Shown: piece after piece, positions 39,441 through 51,233 of the stretch
How positions within the stretch are numbered: the stretch's first letter is position 1
Layout of the letters: each line of letters opens with the position of its first letter
Origin: the human T2T-CHM13v2.0 reference genome, Homo sapiens
Reading direction: 5' to 3' (one strand)
NCBI RefSeq assembly: GCF_009914755.1
Contig: NC_060925.1
DNA length: 64,000 bases
Notes under the pieces: model-generated
Database searches by the model: none
The model's input: the letters and a program-made list of their open reading frames with translations, nothing else
What the model was told of the DNA's origin: nothing
Program-made: the position numbers and the translations under genes

Positions 39441-41390
39441 AAATACACAAGCCTGTGTATTTCCTCCAAGAGGCCCCCACCCCTCCATAGAGCAAGAGCA
39501 CTGTTATCTCTGATGGCCAAACCTGTTCAAAATTTCTATGTTTGCTAAATGAACGAAGTAAAAACCTAGTTTCCTTTTCTTGGTGTCAGCTAAGTGCTCC
39601 GACTATGGCCGGGGTCGGGGCTCTGTGCCTCACCTGATGCCAAGGCCTAGTTGTGTGTGTGATTTTGGGTTCAGTCTGAGACCACAGGACAGCATTTTTG
39701 TCTTGGTAAAATTAACTAACCATGACACTATTGGAGGGCCATCCTGCTCTCTCAATCCAAGCACCATCTTTTAAGAGACAAAGAAAGCAGAAAGGGCTGG
39801 GAGTGGGCACCAAGGAGTAAGGAGACGGATTTGAAGGGGTTCTATTCAACCTTTTATCTATCATCAAAACCCTCCATCATTAGGTTAGTTGTGCCCGTCT
39901 GTCCCATAACATTTACAGACAATCATAAAAGGGTGGGTAATGACTGCAATTACAACTGAAGGACTGGTTTAATGAATATTAAACAGCTTTGAACATCAAA
40001 GTACTGGCTAAAGTGGAAACCTAATATCTCTCCTCTCAGCCCCTGCCGCCCTGCAAAAGGGTAAGGCAGATGGCCTGGCCTTCTGCAGGGCTGTCAGGAA
40101 CAATTTGCAAGAGTCACCAAGTGGCACTTGGAACAAGTTCTTCTGCCTGGAGGCCAGCCCAAGAAATAAAGGGATCTGCCATTATCTTCTCTGCAGCAAT
40201 CAGCAGGGGAGAACAGCCATCTCACAGAGGAAAGGAAGTCCACAAGAAGCAGAGTCTCCCTTCCTAGGGAAGTCTGCTCAGGTGGGACCACAGGGAAGCT
40301 CTTGCTCAGCCAGCATGGCTCAGCGGCAGGGGGCATGGACAGCCTGCTTTCACCTCCCCACCCCTCCCAGTCCCTTTCCTGATTCTGTCTGCCTCCAGTC
40401 CTCTGCCTCCAGGCCAGCTGGTATTCAACAGCCTCCACCTCCCTGACTTCACTCATTCACTCAGGTATTTAGAGAGCTGAACAAGACGTAGCCCCTGCAC
40501 TCAAGGAGTTCATGGTCTAATGGAAGCAACAGGTACATAAGAAGTAACACTGATATAGATTGATTACAGCCATGGGGGCAGACTTCTGGAGAAGAGTGGT
40601 TCAGGCTAACGGAGCAGCATAATTAACCAGGCAGGTCTGTGTCCTCAAAGAAGCCCAGGGTCTAATTAGGGAGACAGGCATGTTGGCAGTCTGTGGGACA
40701 AGTGTCATGTGAAAATCCAGGATGAGGGGCAGTTGGGGCTCCTTGAGCAATCAGAGAAGGCCTCACAGAGGAGGTGACATTGAAACTGAGCACAGAAGAG
40801 GAAGAAACTCACCTGTGGGGCAAGGAGCCACAGGGTGCCCTAGAAACAGGCAGCTACTGTCCTGGTAAGTCTCCTCCTGATCCCTCCACCCACTCTTCTG
40901 CCCACTCCCCTAGTACAACCTTCAATTGGCCAGCACCTCACAGTTGCCCCAGTGTTTACTGTTCATGAACGGCCAAATATTTTGACCAAGCCTCCCACAA
41001 GGTGCATCTTCCCTGGTTGGCCCTGACTGGTCTTTACCAAGAGTTTACATGGGACACGTGATGTGCTCACTGCTTTCTCATAGGACCCTTGGAACCTCAT
41101 GGCTTGCGGTTCTGAGGAGGCTTCTAACCCTTCTCCCATAACCAAGTTCTCAGGCATGTGCCTCTCTTGAAAACCAGGGGCACAATAGGTGTTGATAAAA
41201 TGGTGGGATGAAAGAGAAGCCTCTGAGTTCCCAGGGTGACTGCCAAGTAGATGGGCAAACAGGGGGTCCAGAGAAGAACCGAGACCCACGAGAAGGAGTC
41301 CAGGGTCCTCAGGCTCTTTAGGATCCACAGTGGCTCTATACTCTAAGGCCAGCACTGGGCAACTCGACTTCCTGTGGATGGAAATTCTTT

Positions 41391-41669
41391 CTTTAAGAGA
41401 CAAGGTCTCACTCTGACACCTAGGCTGCAGTGCAGTGGCACGATCATAGCTCACTGCAGCTTTGAACTCCTGGGCTCAAGTGATCCTCCTGCCATATCCT
41501 CCTCAGTAGCTAGGACTACAGGGTTACACCACTATGCCTAGTTAATTTTTTATAGAGTCGGGGTCTTACCATGTTGCCAGGCTGGTCTTGAACTCCTGGC
41601 CTCAAGCCATCCTCCCACCTTGGCCCACCAAGGTGCTGGCATTACAGGTATGAGCCACCCTGTTCGGCT
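41391..41669 (-). mobile_element. AluJ (Jo/Jr-like)
   Basis: GATCATAGCTCACTGCAGCTTTGAACTCCTGGGCTCAAGTGATCCTCC; TSD GATGGAAATTCTTT / GATGGACATTCTTT. Confidence 0.92.
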
Positions 41670-41687
41670 TGATGATGGACATTCTTT

Positions 41688-41810
41688 AGTACATGTGGCT
41701 GTTGAGCACCTGAAATGTGGCTATTGAGACTGAGGAATATAATTTTAATGTTGTTTAATTTTAATTAAATAGCCACATGTGACTAGTAGCTATCATATTT
41801 GACAGCACAG
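41688..41810 (+). mobile_element. MER3 (hAT-Charlie), partial
   Basis: CATGTGGCTGTTGAGCACCTGAAATGTGGCTA...AAATAGCCACATGTGACTAGTAGCTA...GACAGCACAG. Confidence 0.85.
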
Positions 41811-43372
41811 GTCTAGTCATAAATTCATCCTGGTATCTTAAACATGCCAGATTTTTTCATGCCTCACAGCCCCTTCTGCCTGGAAAGTCATTCCCCTCTT
41901 CTCTGTCTGGGTTCATGAAGCCACTCAAGAGTCACCTCCCTGGAGGAGTGTTCCCAAGGCTGAGTGAGATGCCTCCTCCTGTCCCTCAGAGCTCTTGGGC
42001 TTCCTCTGGTCATGGCACTCACTGTGCACAGTGTTGCTTATTTATGTGTCTATCTCAGCTTCTAGACTGGTGACATCTGTTGGAGGGCACCCTTGAGAGT
42101 GTACGTCAAATTGCCTTGGGGCTTCTATACACCCTCTCCACCTGCAACTTCTGCACACCCTACGTCAGGGGGCTTCTGACACCCCTCTGCCTAGGGGCTT
42201 CCAACCATCCCCTATGCCTTGCCATTCACAGAGACCCAGCTGTGCCTCTCCTACTGCCCAGCTGTGCCTCAGGGTCTTGGTGTGAAGATCTCGCTGTGAC
42301 ATAGTGCATAAGAAAAACGGTTGGGAATCATTTTCTGAGCAGGGGCTCCTTGAGGAGAAGGAGCTTTGTCTGCACTGTGTCTGTGCCCCCAGGGCCCAGC
42401 AGAGCCAGGCACAGAGATGGGGTGAAGATTGTGTGAGGAGGGAGGCAGTGGGAGTTTCCTGCGGGGTGGAGTCAAGGCTTGAGACCCTGAGAAAATAGTT
42501 GGAAGGGAAGCCAAAGCTGAAGCTCCACTACCACAGGGCTTCCTGGGCAGGGGCAGTTAGAGTCAGTGCAGTTCTGAACCCAGATTGCAGGCAGGTGGAG
42601 GAGTTTCCTTTCCAAATCCCCCAGGGTGGCAATGCCTCTCATTACCATAAATGAGAATGGCTGCTAAATCCTGCATTAAGCTAAAAACTTAACACCCAGT
42701 AAATATTTATTGATCACATGTAACCCTGATTAACCCCAAGAGCACTGGGGGCTCACCAGGCCAGGCTACAGGATCTGCCTGCCTGCTCCAGTTTGGTCAG
42801 ATCAGGTCACTCTCCTGCCTCTGCCTCCTGCTCTGAGGTGTCTCTCCTTGACCACACCCACTGAGCACAACCTTTGGGCCAGGCCCTATGTGATGAACCC
42901 ATGAGCTCATCCTGGGGAAGAAAAGAGATGGGCATATTTCCTCCAAACCTAACTTGAGCACAAACTAAAATAAGGCCTGCAGAAGGAGCTGTAACAGGGC
43001 ACTGATTGTGAGATTTGGAGAGTGGGATGATGTTTGCAGAGGGAAAATGAGGGAAGGCTTCCTGGAGGAGGAGTGATCTGAACCTAACCTTGAAAGATGG
43101 GTGGGAAGAATGTGGTAATAGGTCAGGGTCTTGGAGGCCATTAAAAGAGATGGAAATAGCATGATCAATGGCTGGGATGGGGGAAGCACAGAGTGTGGTG
43201 GAGGAAGCCCTGGGGGCTGAGAAGCAGGCAGGAGAAATCGAGTTTAGATTTTACTCAGTAGGTGAAGACATTTATATGATGGTTCCTTTCCCATCCTGGG
43301 GCAACTCTTATAGGAGCAAATATTCAACCCCTGATGGAAACCATGTTACCGTGTTACAGCAGTGGAGCAGTG

Positions 43373-43456
43373 GACAGGGAACAAGTAACTGGAAAGAGGG
43401 AGAAATCATGACTGCTAAAGCAGGGATTCACAGGACAAGGGGTGCTTGCGAAAAGC
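43373..43456 (+). repeat. Copy 1 of a perfect 84-bp dispersed direct repeat
   Basis: Identical to 43965-44048 by base-by-base reading. Confidence 0.97.
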
Positions 43457-43964
43457 CCCAGGGTCCTGGGGCTCTCGCTGTTCACCTGAGAGAATCTCAT
43501 CTTCACAACAGGATCATGCACTCCCAAGGGAGAGACTATGCAGCCTCCTTTGTCTCCTGCAAAGCCTAGTACAGGAGAGGAGGAAGGTCCTGGAAAGCCA
43601 TGTTGATTCACAGCCCAATTCCTCTCTATCACACTTGCCTCCATGCCAGAAATTCCACCATTAACACTGTTCTTCTAATTGAGTTAAGCATTGCCCTCCA
43701 TATATTACATTCTCACTCTGCTTTCAAAATATAACATCCTCTGTGCTCTCTCCCGATATAGGCTGACTCCTAATGCTCCAAATCACTTAAATTATATTCA
43801 GTATGCCTCCCTAAAAATTAATCAGATTTAAGTTAACATACTCTGATTCTACAGAAACCAGCTGACATGTTGAGCCCATAGCCTGGGCTCTCTGTGGAGG
43901 AAACAAAGGTAGACACAGGCTGAGCCTGCTTTCAGGGAGCTCATGGTCAAAGAGGAGGAGAGGA

Positions 43965-44048
43965 GACAGGGAACAAGTAACTGGAAAGAGGGAGAAATCA
44001 TGACTGCTAAAGCAGGGATTCACAGGACAAGGGGTGCTTGCGAAAAGC
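43965..44048 (+). repeat. Copy 2 of the 84-bp direct repeat (continuous with an upstream L2 relic; probable donor)
   Basis: GACAGGGAACAAGTAACTGG...GGTGCTTGCGAAAAGC; preceded by L2-like CCTGCTTTCAGGGAGCTCATGGTC. Confidence 0.97.
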
Positions 44049-45089
44049 AAATGGAATGAGGTAACACATGTATAAGCATCTGGCTCATGCCTGGAGGGGA
44101 GCAGGTTCTCAATAAATAGTGGCTAAGTTTAAACTCCATTCCTTCATTTTTCTCAAAGGATCCAAGACCTGGGGACTACTATGGCGTGAGGAGCAATGAG
44201 AACCAACTTCCCAGAGGAGCCGTCCTGGCAGCTGGGGATGGGGAAGGGAGTGGTAGCTAGATGTCTGAACAGGGAAATGTCTGAAGGTTTCCCCAACCCA
44301 GACTTATCTTTGGGCCTGTTTCTGGTTGAGGTTCTCAGGGAGTACATGTTGCAACCTACCCCATCCCACTCAGCAGAAATAAACTAGCACCCTACATCTA
44401 CATGGTTCCCTAGCCATCCCTGTCCCCAGCCTCCCATGGCTGTGCCTCCACTTTGGAAAAGAAATCTACATTTCCCATCCTTTGCACCTGATGCCACAAT
44501 TCTTCCACTCTGCTGCTCTACATAAACTCTCTTGACATTCTCCTTTTCTCTCTCTGTATGTCTATCTCTCTGCCTCCTTCTCTCTCTCTCTCTTTTCTTT
44601 CTCTTTCTACCTCCCTTTTGTCCCCAGCCCTCAATCTCTATGGCATATGGTGTGAAAGAATACAGTCATACATATTTTGGAGGGGTCACCTCACTGGCCT
44701 CCAATACTGAACCAGCTGCAGAGAGAGCGAGAAGTGGAAGGCAAGGTTTTAATTCTGGGGAAGGGCTACCTGATGGTTGTTGCTTCCCATTTGGAATCTC
44801 ACCAGCCTCTATCCCTTGCACCTGCCGCTCTTAACCCCAGCACTCCACATTACTCCTGGGCTTAGAGGTCTTCCAGCACTCCTGCCATGTCTCATTTTTT
44901 TATGCTCAGAAACAAGTAAACAATGGCTCAGAGAGTGGCACACCCTTGCTCAAGGTCATACCTCAGGCCTGCGGCAGAGCTGGGATCAGAAGCCAGGTTT
45001 CCTGAGTGCTCCCCACTTCAATGGCCCTCCTGTGGCACTGACTAAGGCCCCATGAAAGAAAAACACTATTGGCTACATCGTGTGTTGTG

Positions 45090-45300
45090 CACACAGTGTA
45101 CCAGCCACAGGGCTTCGTGCTTTGAATGACTCATTGAAGAAACATAACTCATTTATAATGAGTTACAGTCTTGATAACCCTAGGAGGTGGACACTATTAT
45201 TTTCCCTATTTCACAGATGAGAAAACTTAAGCTCAGAGAGGTTAAAGAACTTGCTAAAGGTCAACAGCAGTGAGTTCACGTTAGCATTTGATTCAATCCA
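45090..45300 (-). mobile_element. MIR SINE
   Basis: ATTTCACAGATGAGAAAACTTAAGCTCAGAGAGGTTAAAGAACTTGCTAAAGGTCA. Confidence 0.85.
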
Positions 45301-46919
45301 GGCTTTCTTGCACCAAGCTCCACGCTCTTAGCCATGGCGAGATAATGCCTTTCTGAGAACCCAGGAATTCTGATCCCAGTTTTGAGGTTGCCTTTCTTCC
45401 CCTCTTCTCAGCTCCATTCTCCCAGATAGGATTCGAGCGTAGCAGGGCTCTGTCCAATCTCCCCATGGGATGAGACTGATTCCCCAAGCCTAGACGGGTA
45501 ATACTGCAACCCTGCTTGGTAGCAGCCTGGCTGGAGGCTGTCAGCCGGCTGTCAACCACACCACAGGAAAAGCTGGATTTCTCCACAGCTGCCCCTGCAG
45601 TTCAAAGGAACAGGGGCCCAGAATCTTGGCTAGGATGGCCTGTATTATGACAGGTCTAGGAACCTTAAAAGCAAAAGACAGCTTAATAATGCAGCAAAGA
45701 AAACACAAGTCCTTTGGCCTGGCTCTTGAGGGCAGCCAGAAGCTTAGCAGGGGGACCTGCCAACACCAATCCCTTGTGCTGTCGGTCCCCCTCCGGCAAT
45801 AGGCACAATGTTAGAAAACACAGTGCCTGCCCAGTTTCAGCCCCTTCCCCGGACAGTGATGGCCTGCTCCCTGGAATAGGCTTGGCGGTCTCCTGCCTGT
45901 ACATGACAGGCAGCCCGTGCGAGCACCAGCCGGCCGCTGGCGTGGGGAGGGAAGGAAGTGGGGAGTCTGGCTCCAATAACACACACTTTCCAGGCACAAA
46001 AGTGTGGCTATTCAGGCAAAGATGCTATAAGCTCCAGCAGCTGGGGCTGCGGGCCCCAGGCTGCCTTCACAAATACACTTTCATGCTTATTAGAAACACT
46101 TTCTTTCATGACCAGGGATTTGTTCATTAGTCGGGCTGGGCTACTAACATGGCTTTTTACAAGAGAGTCATGGTCATTGAATTTGGTTTTCTAGCTCTCC
46201 TCAAGCCACTGAATAATGGAGATATTAATGCAAGAACAGGTGGGCCCACCTCTCTTAAAGAAAACTTCTGAGAACAGGAAATGATATAATATCAGAAAGT
46301 ATTTGAGTATCTATTCTGTACCCTGCACCTACCAGGTACCTTTCATGTTTCCTGTGTTCCTTCCACTTAATAGATGAGGAAACTGAGGCTCCAACATGAG
46401 TTAGGACTTGTGGTTGCCCTGTAAATAGGGAGGGGAACTGGGATTAGAACCTGGTTTGTATGACTTTTGGGCCTGGTGCTTTCTCCATTATGCCATGTCA
46501 GGAGGGAGAAGCCAGTTGCCGGGTGCACTCATGTTTGTTCTCACTCTTTAACCATCTAAAGGAGGAGGATCCCAGGTCGCTGGAGGCCATGAGAAAAGCA
46601 AAAGGAGTCCTGAGTCTAGAAGTCAAATTGGTAGGAAAACCCTCACAGTGTTTCCTTTGACCTGCCTCCCTTCTGTGTAATAACTGATTGAAAGAACTGA
46701 GCTTTAACTGTCTTTCTAGCAATAATGTTAACTGCAGGATTCACTGGCATCACAATGTCGTAGAACCCACTTGGTAAGGCAAATTGAGGTACCTGGCTGT
46801 GGGTGGAACAAAGAGAGGGACTAGGTAAAGTTTTTGCCTCCTCTCTTCTTCCAAATTTTCCGTATTTCTTTTCTTTTCTCATTAAAAAGTAACCTGAGAA
46901 GTGTTCTCTCCCATGAAAC

Positions 46920-47250
46920 TGTGGAAACCTGGAAATGACCTAAATGTGGTCTGTGGCCATTAGAAATGAGACCATGGATATGTATTTACCTTAGTGGGAA
47001 GATGTTCATGATATATGGTGAACTGAATACAGGAAGTTTCTGAAGAGTATGTATAATAATAATCCCATTTTTATAACTATGTATTCATCTATATGCACAT
47101 ATAGAGAGAGACACAGACTTGCAAAGGGAAATGTCTAGAAGGATATACATCAAATGTTAACAGTGGGTATCCCACCAGATGGTGGAATTTTATAATTTTT
47201 TTGTTTATGCCTTTTACGATGATTACATAAAAAGAGAAAAAAAGAGGATT
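46920..47250 (+). mobile_element. L1ME4-like 3' end fragment
   Basis: GGGAAGATGTTCATGATATA...ATCCCATTTT...TCTAGAAGGATATACATCAAATGTTAACAGTGG. Confidence 0.7.
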
Positions 47251-48279
47251 TTTAAAAAGAGGAAAAATTTTGCAATCAGATAATTGATTGGGAGAACTCA
47301 GGCCAATCAAGAAGTCCTCTGGGCCTCAGCTTCCTCATCTGTAAAATGGGCTTCTACCCCACCTCCAGAGTTGATGCAAGGGTTAGATAAATTCCATGGA
47401 CGGACCTGGTGCCTGGGACTACCCAGTCTGCACAGGCTCCTATTCTCTCCCTCCTGTGCCTCTCCTTCACTCTCATTTCCTGTCTCTTGCCACCTCCTCT
47501 GTCCCTTTTCCTTCCTCCATTCTGTCTGCAGCTCTTTCTCCTCCAAGCCTCTCTGGCCTTTTCTTCAACCCTCAATGGCCAAGGAGCCAGCTCGGCCAGG
47601 CACACAAGTCCCACCAGTGTCCCATCTGGGAGGCAGCAGGCCATGGAGGGCTCTGGCTCCTCATACCATGTACAGAGATGGTTTTGGGAGGGGGCAGTTC
47701 CAGCATTCTGGAACACCTGCCCCTGAGGCCCTTCTGACTGCTCCTTAGGACAGTCTGTCTGAACTGCAGCTCCCCGAAGACATAGCGGACTTCCTTTACA
47801 GAGCTTCAGCGCATGAATCTAGGACGGCTGACAAGGGCTGGACATCAGGAAGGTCTTTCAAACCTCCAGGAACCTCCAGCAAAAGCTTCTGCTGAGCTCC
47901 TGCTGCTCTTGACTTTCTGCTTTCCAGGCCAGCCTCCTGAGTGGCCTGTGCGGTTGGTCACCAACTGACCTTGGCTCCTGCCATTCTTTTTGCTAGGCAT
48001 GCTCTTAATAATAACTGACATCTATTAAATACGTGTGGACACGTTCTAATTTTCTCTTTAACTGTGCAAGGTAGTGTGTTAGTCTGTTTTGCATTGCTAT
48101 AAAAGAATACCTGAGGCTGGATAATTTATAAATAAAAGGGGTTTACTTGGCTCATGGTTCTGCAAGCATTACAAGAAGCATGGCACCAGCATCTACTTCT
48201 GGTGAGGGCCGCAGGCTGCTTCCACTCCTGGCGGAAGGAGAAGGGGACCAGCCATGTCACAGGGCGAGAGAGGAAGCAT

Positions 48280-48485
48280 GAGAGAGAAAGAGAGACAGAG
48301 AGAAGGGGAGAGAGAGAGAGAGAAGAAGAAGAAGAAGGAGAAGGAGAAGGGGAAGGAGAAGGAGAAGGAGAAGGAGGAGAAGGAGAAGGAGGAGAAGGAG
48401 AAGGGGGAGGAGAAGGAGAAGGAGGAGAAGGAGGAGAAGAAGGAAGGAGGAGGAGGAGGAGGAGGAGGAGGAGGAGGAGGAGGAG
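48280..48485. repeat. Compound (GA)n/(GAA)n/(GGAGAA)n/(GGA)13 purine tract
   Basis: Only A and G from 48297 to 48485; perfect GGA repeats 48446-48484. Confidence 0.97.
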
Positions 48486-48632
48486 CCAGACTCTTTTAAA
48501 CGACCGGATCTCATGGGAACCAATAGAATGAGAACTCACTCATTATCATGGGGAGGGCACTAAGACATTCATGAAGGATCCGCCTCCATGACCCAAACAC
48601 CTCCCACCAGGCTCCATCTCAAACACTGTGGA

Positions 48633-49048
<416 letters not shown>

Positions 49049-49369
49049 AGGGATCATGTTTCAACATGAGATTTGGTGGGGACAAGCATCCAAACCATAT
49101 CAGGAAGGTATTCTTACTACCTTCATCTTATAGGTGAGGAAACTGAGGTTTAGAGAGGTTAAATAAAGTGTCCAAGGTCAAAGGCTAGACAATAACTCCA
49201 ATTCATCCTCTAGGACAGACTTCCCTAAAACCTGACTCCTCAGAAGGCCTTTCCTGACTACTCAGCCAGGATCAGGGACTCCTCCTGTCAGCTTTCACAG
49301 CTCTGTCTGTCCAGGATGGTCTGCTCATTATTTGCTGAACGGAAACAGTCACAATTAACCAACAAAGTT

Positions 49370-49530
49370 CTAGGATGGCCATGGGAAGTAGTGAGTACCT
49401 TGTCACTCAGAGAGTGGGAGAATGAGTTGGTGACCCTCAGTCACAGAGCCATGCAGTGGACCGGCACTGGGTAGATGTACCCTCCCCCATGGGAGTCCAG
49501 GACACTTCTTGAAGCTCAAAGCCCTAGAGT
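49370..49530 (+). mobile_element. L3/CR1 3' relic
   Basis: GGGAAGTAGTGAGTACCTTGTCACTCAGAG resembles L3 GGGAGGTAGTGAGCTCCCCGTCACTGGAGG. Confidence 0.55.
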
Positions 49531-49649
49531 GTAGTAGTTAGAAAAAGCACAGACCTGTATGCTGTGCGTCCTGGGCCACGCCATTTCTCTCTCGGAGCCT
49601 GTGTCTTCCTCTATAAAACAGAGGTAAAATACCTATCCTCATATGGCAT

Positions 49650-50065
49650 AGATTGCTCTTTTACCTGCATGTCGATTCTCTCCTTTTTCCATAGTAATAA
49701 AACTCCTCATTTTCATCTGGGCACATGGCCACCCAGAAGAGACCCCATTTCTCAGTCTCCTCTCACAGTTAAGTGTGGCCAAATGACCAAGTTGTGGCCA
49801 ATGGCTCATGAGCAGGACCGACGGGTCTAATTCTGGGCTCTGCCTTTCTCCTTGCCCAAGGCTGGAATGGCCAGGCAGAGGATGGAGCCACCTTTGATCG
49901 GAGGCAATTCCTGGTGATGGTGGAGAAGCAGTGAAAGGAGCCTGAACCCTCCATAGCTTCCTGGAGCAGAGCGCCAGCCCCAGCCAGGATTTTTACATGG
50001 GGGAAAATAGAAATGTGTAATAGAAAGCCAGCCTACCTTTAGATTGAATCTGCATTCCTTCTAAC
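49650..50065 (+). mobile_element. MaLR LTR, MLT1J-like, inserted in a MIR
   Basis: CCATAGTAATAAAACTCC...CTGGGCACATGGCCACCCAGAA...GTGTGGCCAAATGACCAAGTTGTGGCCAATG; MIR text stops at CCTCATA and resumes CCTTATAGGG. Confidence 0.78.
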
Positions 50066-50638
50066 AGCCTTATAGGGTAATTGTGACAATTAAATGAGAT
50101 AATGCACATAAAGGGACACCTCAGCAGGGTGTAATGTGCAGATGGCATTCTGGTGGTTAAATTCATTGTTTCCAGTGAGCTGACCCTTGAGGACCCACTC
50201 TGCACAGGCCTGGGGAGACACCATGCCAAGACCAGTCTCCTCAGAAACTACTGGTGCAAGTTACAACCTTTTCCCCAGGCCTTTCCTATGACAGAAAGAG
50301 TAAGATGTGATAGAATGATAGAAAGACACAGACAGGAGGCAGCAAGTGACTTTCTCCTTAGATAAAGAACAGGCCGAAGAACTCCTGAGTCACAGAAGTG
50401 GCTGGACTGACTCAGGCTAATGCATCGTCTGTCAGTTCTGTAAGCGACACTCACCTTGCGAACACCACCCTCATGTGGACGGGTCCCTGGACATGGGTCC
50501 CACATGGTCCTGCTCCAGGAGGAGCTTATGGGCTATTGCGAGCCCCTTGTGTCCCCTATGGAGCCACAGCTCCAGAGCGCAGGCCCTCGTCTCCTCTATC
50601 CCTGTGTTGTCTCTATGCTTTCTATGCTGTCTGTCCAC

Positions 50639-50797
50639 CAGGACGGGCTACATAATTTGCAAGGTCCAGTGCAAAAGGAAAATGAGGAGCTCCTTATTCA
50701 TAAATCATTAAGAATTACATAACAGCAACAGCAGAAGATGAAATAAGCACAGGGACTTGTGTGACACGCAGGTTTCATGCCTGTGAAGGAAGCCCTG
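50639..50797 (-). mobile_element. MER45A (hAT-Tip100)
   Basis: CAGGACGGGCTACATAATTTGCAAGGTCCAGTGCAAAA...GAAGCCCTG. Confidence 0.85.
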
Positions 50798-51084
50798 CCA
50801 CACTGGGTGCCCCGTGCTCTGTGCCACACACAGTAGGCAGTCATGGAGTGAATGTAATCAGTGTGGATCACGCAACGCCCAAGTACTAAGGCTTCATCAT
50901 CAAAGCAGTTGGGATGGATGTGGTTTTGTTTTTCTTTTTCCCAAGCCCAATTCTTTGCATCTCTTGGAGGAGGGGGCTGAGGGAGGCATGGGGATCAGAG
51001 GCCAGAGGTCAAATAGAAAACAAACTTCCCTGAATGACTGAGTGGGCAGGAGTGAGCAACAGGCATTTCTGAGCCGTTCTCCTT

Positions 51085-51233
51085 GTTTCTTGCCACAAGA
51101 TATAAACTAATCTATTTAGTTAGAAAAACATGGTTTATTGCAATTGAAGTAATTTGTATTTCTTTTTCTACCACAAGATGTAAACTAATCTAGTTAGCTA
51201 GAGCAAGTTGGTTTAACTGAATTCAAAGTAATT
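51085..51233. repeat. Old 78-bp-period tandem duplication
   Basis: CCACAAGAT(A/G)TAAACTAATCTA at 51093 and 51171; both copies end AAGTAATT. Confidence 0.88.

Noticed and set aside
39675-39700. REST/RE1-like GAGACCACAGGACAGC
   Set aside because: The left half-site and spacing do not fit the RE1 consensus.
43373-44048. 84-bp direct repeats read as LTRs of a mini-retroelement or as a CRISPR array
   Set aside because: No TG...CA termini, no flanking TSD and no evident primer-binding site; only two copies about 500 bp apart, with no cas genes, in a human context.
47171-47186. CTCF-like CCACCAGATGGTGG (also CCACCAGAGGCCAC near 51863)
   Set aside because: Partial matches only, the first inside an L1 relic; not callable without a PWM score or ChIP data.
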